Source: a virus (taxonomy: Duplodnaviria > Heunggongvirae > Uroviricota > Caudoviricetes). From it: 14,095 nt of DNA. Below are positions 8,861 through 14,095 of this stretch, piece after piece. The notes under the pieces were generated by a model. It saw only the letters and a list, made by a program, of their open reading frames with translations, searched no databases and had not been told where the DNA came from. The translations under genes and the position numbers were made by a program. Numbering within the stretch: the first letter of the stretch is position 1; each line of letters starts with the position of its first letter. The stretch lies in the IMG/VR virus record IMGVR_UViG_2609459852_000009; one strand, given 5' to 3'.

Positions 8861-9362
8861 AATTCCATCCAGCTTTTTGTTGGTATTGCTGTCGATACGC
8901 AAGCTTGAAAGCAATTGCTTTTTCTATAAGTTCGTCAGTTTCACGATCTACAACGGCAGGATCTGCAAAAAGCAGTCCAGATTCCACCACATCGCCATAT
9001 TCTTTATTTAACCCGGCGATCATGTACGTAATACTTTTTCCATCACTGATCTCACGATACAACCTGAAATCACTAATCCGGATAGCCTCCATAATTGCAG
9101 GCACTAGCGCTGTGAACTTTTCACGCTTATCCCTGGTGTCGATAGCCTTCCAGCGTTCGAATATCTTCACTCGATTAACGCTAAGCGCTCGCTGATCAAC
9201 CGCGCCACCTTCATATGTGACACGCTGAACATCGATGTTCGGGCGCTCTTTCAAAGCCCAGAATGCTTCAGTGATTAATATCGTCGCCTGCTCCTGTGTC
9301 ATTCCTGGTCGACATATCCAGGCATCCAGAGCCTCACGAGCCTGTTCAGGAGTGATTTTCAT
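8841..9362 (-). CDS. YdaT-like protein in the cII position
   Basis: 173-aa ORF with ATG at 9360-9362. Overlaps the dicC stop by 17 nt and the O-like start by 20 nt. Conserved-looking KIFERW and ALVPAI segments recall YdaT-family proteins (memory only). Confidence 0.7.
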   Translation of the reverse strand: MKITPEQAREALDAWICRPGMTQEQATILITEAFWALKERPNIDVQRVTYEGGAVDQRALSVNRVKIFERWKAIDTRDKREKFTALVPAIMEAIRISDFRLYREISDGKSITYMIAGLNKEYGDVVESGLLFADPAVVDRETDELIEKAIAFKLAYRQQYQQKAGWNYESSFC

Positions 9363-9573
9363 TGTTCAACCGCCCCGCCCGCTTCGTCTTACGATATTCG
9401 TCATAAACTTTGGGATCATACTGAAGCTCCCCGCCAGATGCCTCCTGTAGACGCATCGCGCGACCTTCAGGAACCAGTATCCCCCAAGCAGCAACACTTG
9501 CCAGTCTCACTCCTGCGGCATTGGCAAGCTTTGTTTTGCTGCCAAAAAAAGTAATTGCGTCAACTTTAAGCAT
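9346..9573 (-). CDS. dicC: DicC-like Cro-type regulator
   Basis: 75 aa from the ATG at 9571-9573; HTH-like GSKTKLANAAGVRLASV; divergent from dicA across an operator-bearing 80-bp spacer; recognised as DicC. Confidence 0.85.
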   Translation of the reverse strand: MLKVDAITFFGSKTKLANAAGVRLASVAAWGILVPEGRAMRLQEASGGELQYDPKVYDEYRKTKRAGRLNNENHS

Positions 9574-9586
9574 CAAAGCCCCCTCT

Positions 9587-9604
9587 TGTTAGATTTTTCT
9601 AACA
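9587..9604. promoter_or_regulatory. Palindromic operator TGTTAGA-N4-TCTAACA in the dicC-dicA intergenic region
   Basis: Perfect 7-bp inverted arms separated by TTTT; the same consensus recurs downstream of dicA. Confidence 0.6.
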
Positions 9605-9653
9605 TTATTGTGCGCGGGATACCTAAGTCAAGAAAAATTAGAATTACCTAACT

Positions 9654-10061
9654 ATGGATACAAGAACCCTAGGCCAGCGAGTTCTGGCGCGACGAAAAGA
9701 ATTACGCTTAACACAACGAGAAGCTGCGCGCCTCGCTGGAGTTGCTCACGTCACAATTTCACAATGGGAAAGAGACGAAACCCAGCCAGTCGGAAAACGA
9801 TTGTTTGCTTTAGCGGATGCTCTGAAGTGCTCACCTACATGGCTAATGTTTGGTGACGAAGACAAGGCACCAGTGCCTGCACAAGAACTTCATGTGGAAA
9901 CAGAGCTAACTCCCAACCACAAAGAATTGATCGAATTATTCGATGCTCTTCCATCTTCCGAGCAGGAAGCCTTGCTGTCTGAAATGCGCGCAAGAGTAGA
10001 AAACTTCAACAAACTCTTCGAAGAAATGCTTAAAGCGCGTAAAAATAAATCAATAAAATAA
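9654..10061 (+). CDS. dicA: DicA-like Xre-family HTH repressor (cI analogue)
   Basis: 135-aa ORF; HTH LTQREAARLAGVAHVTISQWE; divergent partner dicC; followed by ydfA, dicF and dicB. Confidence 0.9.
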   Translation: MDTRTLGQRVLARRKELRLTQREAARLAGVAHVTISQWERDETQPVGKRLFALADALKCSPTWLMFGDEDKAPVPAQELHVETELTPNHKELIELFDALPSSEQEALLSEMRARVENFNKLFEEMLKARKNKSIK

Positions 10062-10096
10062 CATTCTTTTCAAGTGATTAGTTGCGCCCACTCTTT

Positions 10097-10116
10097 TTGT
10101 TAGACCAATCTAACAA
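10097..10116. promoter_or_regulatory. Second palindromic operator TTGTTAGA-N4-TCTAACAA upstream of the ydfA-dicB operon
   Basis: Perfect 8-bp inverted arms with CCAA spacer; a weaker half-site-like copy lies at about 10134-10150. Confidence 0.55.
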
Positions 10117-10229
10117 AAAACACTTGCCTCTCATGTTAGGTTATTCTAAATTACTTTCTATCAAGACACCGCACGGTGTTCTCAGCAAGCAGTTCCGCTA
10201 CCCCGGCGTTAAGGGGAAATGAGGTCAGC

Positions 10230-10382
10230 ATGGATACTATCGATCTTGGCAACAGCGAATCTCTGGTATGTGGCGTGTTCCCCAACCAAGACGGTACGTT
10301 CACCGCGATGACATATACCAAAAGCAAAACGTTTAAAACCGAATCTGGCGCGCGTTGCTGGTTAGCCAGAAACACTGACTGA
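10230..10382 (+). CDS. ydfA: YdfA-like small prophage protein
   Basis: Internal ATG at 10230 with AAGGGG upstream gives a 50-aa protein MDTIDLGNSESLVCGVFPNQDGTFTAMTYTKSKTFKTESGARCWLARNTD, recognised as YdfA-like. Confidence 0.8.
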   Translation: MDTIDLGNSESLVCGVFPNQDGTFTAMTYTKSKTFKTESGARCWLARNTD

Positions 10383-10759
10383 TGAGGCTGACGATGGAAT
10401 TTAAAGATTTACCGTCTGATGTACAGAAAACAGCAGCTCATACATTGCATTCTGTGCTGCGAGAAATCGGGAAAGATATTGCAAGCGAGCCAGCAAAAGA
10501 TCTGGCCCGGAAAATCAAGACCGCTTTCGTTGAGCTTTATAATGTTGGCACTGACTCTGAAACTGTCGAGACCAAGACCGTAAGTTCACCAATATTCTCA
10601 CTTGAGCCAGGCGTATTATCAGGTGAAATATGCACCGAGATTTCCAGCGAACTGCTTCCGGTAATACGAGAAGCAATTTGCCGTCGCGGTTTGGATGGAA
10701 GTTACGATCATGACGTCCTGCAAGTTCTCAGGACTATGGTGACTTCACTGGGGATTTGA
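10382..10759 (+). CDS. Hypothetical protein (125 aa; alternative start at 10394 gives 121 aa)
   Basis: ATG at 10382 overlaps the ydfA stop; the ATG at 10394 has GAGG 7 nt upstream. Occupies the ydfB/ydfC position of the dicB operon. Confidence 0.6.
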   Translation: MRLTMEFKDLPSDVQKTAAHTLHSVLREIGKDIASEPAKDLARKIKTAFVELYNVGTDSETVETKTVSSPIFSLEPGVLSGEICTEISSELLPVIREAICRRGLDGSYDHDVLQVLRTMVTSLGI

Positions 10760-10928
10760 TCCCTGCGTCCTCTAACCTTTTGATATAGCGGTCCTCCAAG
10801 AAGCGGTAAATTTTGTCGAAATCATCTTTCCCCTCTGGTTTATTCAGAGGATTACAGGACCCGTAAGTAGCGGCATACATTTCAACCGTTTTATCAAAAA
10901 TATAAGAGACAAATTCTTCTTTAGTCAT
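10734..10928 (-). CDS. Hypothetical 64-aa protein encoded antisense within the dicB operon
   Basis: ATG at 10926-10928 with AAGGAA 7 nt upstream; MTKEEFVSYIFDKTVEMYAATYGSC...; convergent with and overlapping the 125-aa gene by 26 nt. Confidence 0.45.
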   Translation of the reverse strand: MTKEEFVSYIFDKTVEMYAATYGSCNPLNKPEGKDDFDKIYRFLEDRYIKRLEDAGIKSPVKSP

Positions 10929-11203
10929 ATAGATTTCCTTCTTGGTTATTCGGGATAAGAAGGATACCACCTCGCCTGAAGTGGTTAAAAGCAGGCACAC
11001 AACACGAAAGCGCACGGCGAAGTTCGTCTCACTGTACGGTGTCGTTAAATTTAATTCGACCGTGCGCTTCCGGTTGTGGCAACCCGCGAAATGGCGCGGC
11101 GGTAAGTATGGCGGGGGTATTCCTTCCCCGTTGAGGACACCGAGTTGTCAGGTTGACCATACGCTTAAGTGACAACCCCGCTGCAACGCCCTCTGTTATC
11201 AAT

Positions 11204-11261
11204 TTTCTGGTGACGTTTGGCGGTATCAGTTTTACTCCGTGACTGCTCTGCCGCCGTTTTT
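11204..11261 (+). ncRNA. dicF: DicF small regulatory RNA (ftsZ-targeting sRNA) with terminator
   Basis: TTTCTGGTGACGTTTGGCGGTATCAGTTTTACTCCGTGACTGCTCTGCCGCC followed by GTTTTT matches DicF as I remember it; terminal GGCGG...CCGCC hairpin plus U-run; located just upstream of dicB. Confidence 0.8.
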
Positions 11262-11430
11262 AAAGTGAATTTTGTGATGCGGTGAATGCGGCTAAGCACA
11301 CGCGGAACAGTTAAAACCAAAAACAGTGTTATGGGTGGATTCTCTGTATCCGGCGTTAATTGTTAACTGGTTAACGTCACCTGGAGGCACCAGGCACTGC
11401 ATCACAAAATTCATTGTTGAGGACGCGATA

Positions 11431-11619
11431 ATGAAAACGTTATTACCAAACGTTAATACGTCTGAAGGTTGTTTTGAAATTGGTGTCACTATCAGTAACC
11501 CTGTATTTACTGAAGATGCCATTAACAAGAGAAAACAAGAACGGGAGCTATTAAATAAAATATGCATTGTTTCAATGCTGGCTCGTTTACGTCTGATGCC
11601 AAAAGGATGTGCACAATGA
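11431..11619 (+). CDS. dicB: DicB cell-division inhibitor
   Basis: Internal ATG at 11431 gives the 62-aa protein MKTLLPNVNTSEGCFEIGVTISNPVFTEDAINKRKQERELLNKICIVSMLARLRLMPKGCAQ, recognised as DicB. Confidence 0.9.
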   Translation: MKTLLPNVNTSEGCFEIGVTISNPVFTEDAINKRKQERELLNKICIVSMLARLRLMPKGCAQ

Positions 11620-11807
11620 ATTCAGCATTTGCGCTTGTTCTGACAGTTTTTCTTGTTTCCGGAGAGCCAGTTGATATTGCAGTCAGTGTTCACAGGACAA
11701 TGCAGGAGTGTATGACTGCAGCAACCGAACAGAAAATTCCCGGTAACTGTTACCCGGTCGATAAAGTTATTCACCAGGATAATATCGAAATCCCGGCAGG
11801 TCTTTAA
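11616..11807 (+). CDS. ydfD: YdfD-like small protein
   Basis: ATG at 11616 overlapping the dicB stop; 63 aa MNSAFALVLTVFLVSGEPVDIAVSVH... with hydrophobic N-terminus; recognised as YdfD. Confidence 0.85.
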   Translation: MNSAFALVLTVFLVSGEPVDIAVSVHRTMQECMTAATEQKIPGNCYPVDKVIHQDNIEIPAGL

Positions 11808-11900
11808 AACAGTTCCGTAATAAATATCCGGTTTCATTCTTATATGCCAGCAATGGCAGGGATTTGTTCATCCTTAAATCTGTCATGAGGTTAAAACAAA

Positions 11901-14095
11901 ATGAGTAAAGTCTTTATTTGCGCCGCTATTCCTGACGAACTGGCAACAAGGGAAGAAGGCGCTGTGGCTGTAGCCACAGCCATTGAAGCTGGCGACGAAC
12001 GCCGTGCTCGAGCAAAATTTCACTGGCAGTTCCTGGAACATTATCCGGCTGCTCAGGACTGCGCTTATAAATTTATTGTCTGCGAGGATAAACCTGGCAT
12101 ACCCCGCCCTGCCCTCGATTCATGGGATGCTGAATATATGCAGGAAAACCGCTGGGATGAGGAGTCTGCTTCTTTTGTCCCGGTTGAGACTGAATCCGAT
12201 CCGATGAACGTCACTTTTGACAAGCTGGCCCCTGAAGTACAGAACGCTGTCATGGTTAAGTTCGACACATGTGAAAACATCACCGTTGATATGGTTATTA
12301 GCGCACAGGAATTGTTGCAGGAAGACATGGCAACATTCGACGGACATATCGTTGAAGCGTTGATGAAAATGCCAGAAGTTAACGCCATGTATCCGGAGCT
12401 TAAGTTGCACGCCATTGGGTGGGTTAAGCATAAATGTATTCCTGGTGCTAAATGGCCCGAAATTCAGGCAGAGATGCGCATCTGGAAAAAACGTCGCGAA
12501 GGTGAACGCAAGGAAACCGGAAAATACACGTCTGTTGTTGATCTCGCCCGCGCCAGAGCCAATCAACAGTACACTGAAAATTCAACAGGAAAAATCAGCC
12601 CGGTCATTGCTGCCATTCATCGCGAATACAAGCAGACATGGAAAACACTGGATGACGAACTGGCCTACGCTCTCTGGCCTGGTGATGTGGATGCCGGAAA
12701 CATTGACGGCAGCATCCATCGCTGGGCAAAAAAAGAAGTTATCGACAACGACCGCGAAGACTGGAAGCGTATCTCGGCATCAATGCGCAAACAGCCTGAT
12801 GCCCTTCGCTACGACCGCCAAACTATTTTTGGCCTTGTCCGTGAGCGTCCGATCGACATTCACAAAGATCCCGTAGCACTGAACAAATATATCTGCGAAT
12901 ACCTGACGACAAAGGGCGTGTTTGAGAATGAAGAAACAGACCTGGGCACTGTTGATGTTCTCCAGTCATCAGAAACACAAACTGATGCAGTGGAAACTGA
13001 GGTATCTGATATCCCAAAAAATGAAACCGCGCCGGAAGCTGAACCATCTGTAGAGCGTGAGGGGCCGTTCTATTTCCTCTTCGCAGGTAAGGACGGAGAA
13101 AAATACGGTCGCGCAAACAAACTTTCTGGTCTGGATAAGGCACTGGCTGCTGGCGCCACTGAAATCACAAAAGAAGAATATTTTGCCCGAAAAAATGGCA
13201 CATACACGGGCTTACCGCAAAATGTAGATACCGCTGAAGATTCAGAACAACCAGAGCCGATAAAAGTTACCGCTGACGAAGTAAACAAAATTATGCAGGC
13301 AGCCAATATCAGCCAGCCTGACGCCGATAAGTTGCTTGCTGCATCACGTGGTGAATTTGTTGAAGGGATTAGTGACCCGAATGATCCGAAATGGGTTAAG
13401 GGGATCCAGACCCGCGATTCTATGAACCAGAACCAGCATGAATCGGAACGGAACTACCAAAAAGCGGAACAAAACAGCCCAAATGCGTTACAAAACGAGC
13501 CAGAAACGAAACAGCCTGAACCAATGGCGCAACAGGAAGTGGAAAAAGTCTGCACCGCCTGCGGTCAGACCGACGGCGGCAACTGCCCTGATTGTGGCGC
13601 GGTGATGGGCGACGCAACATACCAAGAAACATTCGATGAAGAGTATCAGGTTGAAGTTCAGGAAGATGATCCGGAGGAAATGGAAGGCGCTGAACATCCA
13701 CACAAGGAGAACACTGGCGGCAATCAGCATCACAATAGCGATAATGAAACTGGCGAGACGGCAGATCACTCAATTAAGGTGAACGGTCATCACGAAATCA
13801 CATCCACCAGCAGGACGTGTGACCATCTAATGATCGACCTTGAAACCATGGGAAAAAATCCTGATGCCCCGATCATCTCAATAGGTGCAATATTTTTCGA
13901 TCCGCAAACCGGAGATATGGGACCGGAATTTAGTAAGACTATCGATCTGGAAACTGCTGGCGGAGTCATTGATCGGGACACCATTAAATGGTGGCTTAAG
14001 CAATCACGCGAAGCGCAATCTGCCATTATGACCGATGAAATCCCGTTAGATGATGCACTGTTACAATTGCGGGAATTTATCGACGAAAACTCCGG
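11901..14095 (+). CDS. RecE/YdfE-like prophage exonuclease, 3'-truncated by the window end (at least 731 codons)
   Basis: Open frame from ATG 11901 (GAGG 10 nt upstream) to the last base, hand-translated with no stop; absent from the ORF track, presumably because it lacks a stop. Features: MSKVFICAAIPDELATREEG N-terminus, acidic linker, CxxC-x7-CxxC zinc-ribbon-like motif (CTACGQTDGGNCPDCG, about 13548-13598), then a DnaQ/DEDD-type exonuclease motif MIDLETMG...IISIGAIFFD from about 13830. Confidence 0.85.
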   Translation, partial: MSKVFICAAIPDELATREEGAVAVATAIEAGDERRARAKFHWQFLEHYPAAQDCAYKFIVCEDKPGIPRPALDSWDAEYMQENRWDEESASFVPVETESDPMNVTFDKLAPEVQNAVMVKFDTCENITVDMVISAQELLQEDMATFDGHIVEALMKMPEVNAMYPELKLHAIGWVKHKCIPGAKWPEIQAEMRIWKKRREGERKETGKYTSVVDLARARANQQYTENSTGKISPVIAAIHREYKQTWKTLDDELAYALWPGDVDAGNIDGSIHRWAKKEVIDNDREDWKRISASMRKQPDALRYDRQTIFGLVRERPIDIHKDPVALNKYICEYLTTKGVFENEETDLGTVDVLQSSETQTDAVETEVSDIPKNETAPEAEPSVEREGPFYFLFAGKDGEKYGRANKLSGLDKALAAGATEITKEEYFARKNGTYTGLPQNVDTAEDSEQPEPIKVTADEVNKIMQAANISQPDADKLLAASRGEFVEGISDPNDPKWVKGIQTRDSMNQNQHESERNYQKAEQNSPNALQNEPETKQPEPMAQQEVEKVCTACGQTDGGNCPDCGAVMGDATYQETFDEEYQVEVQEDDPEEMEGAEHPHKENTGGNQHHNSDNETGETADHSIKVNGHHEITSTSRTCDHLMIDLETMGKNPDAPIISIGAIFFDPQTGDMGPEFSKTIDLETAGGVIDRDTIKWWLKQSREAQSAIMTDEIPLDDALLQLREFIDENS

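Noticed and set aside
7682-9450. Plus-strand ORFs (7682-7867, 7980-8195, 8078-8302, 8638-8829, 8784-9011, 8905-9195, 9235-9450) across the replication and cII-like genes
   Set aside because: All are antisense to or overlap the coherent minus-strand gene chain dicC / YdaT-like / O-like / 133-aa gene.
9608-9856. 82-aa plus-strand ORF overlapping the dicA start
   Set aside because: Out-of-frame overlap with the recognised dicA reading frame, which has the HTH and the expected length.
10151-10375. 74-aa minus-strand ORF antisense to ydfA
   Set aside because: Overlaps the recognised ydfA frame on the opposite strand; no start signals.
10942-11172. 76-aa plus-strand ORF upstream of DicF (possible ydfC-like gene)
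   Set aside because: Begins with TTG, has no Shine-Dalgarno, and gives a basic low-complexity translation; more likely untranslated DicF precursor region.
11292-13773. Short ORFs on both strands across dicB, ydfD and the RecE-like gene (for example 11326-11619 extended frame, 11622-11837, 12065-12566, 12415-12876, 12823-13143, 13070-13306, 13420-13773)
   Set aside because: Explained by the recognised dicB and ydfD frames (internal ATG starts) and by the long uninterrupted plus-strand RecE-like frame; the alternatives are antisense or out-of-frame.
13790-14026. 78-aa minus-strand ORF near the window end
   Set aside because: Antisense to the DEDD-exonuclease-like portion of the RecE-like frame.

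Overview
This window reads as a segment of an E. coli-type lambdoid prophage of the Qin/dic kind, organised like lambda around a divergent repressor pair. Leftward (minus strand) from dicC: a YdaT-like cII-position gene, an O-like replication initiator with in-gene iterons, a 133-aa gene, an AT-rich accessory island carrying a 484-aa protein with a PD-(D/E)xK nuclease signature, a hok-type toxin locus, two small genes, ydfU, and a Q-like antiterminator gene interrupted by a complete IS21-family element (istA/istB) that fills positions 1-2125. Rightward (plus strand) from dicA: ydfA, a 125-aa gene, DicF sRNA, dicB, ydfD, and a large RecE/YdfE-like exonuclease ORF that runs off the window end and is absent from the supplied ORF track. 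The best candidate for an undescribed system is the 484-aa protein in the AT-rich island, bounded by two matching hairpins that share a motif with the IS21 terminal repeats. Gene names are recognised from memory of protein sequences and K-12 gene order; no database search was run, and GC content was judged by eye.
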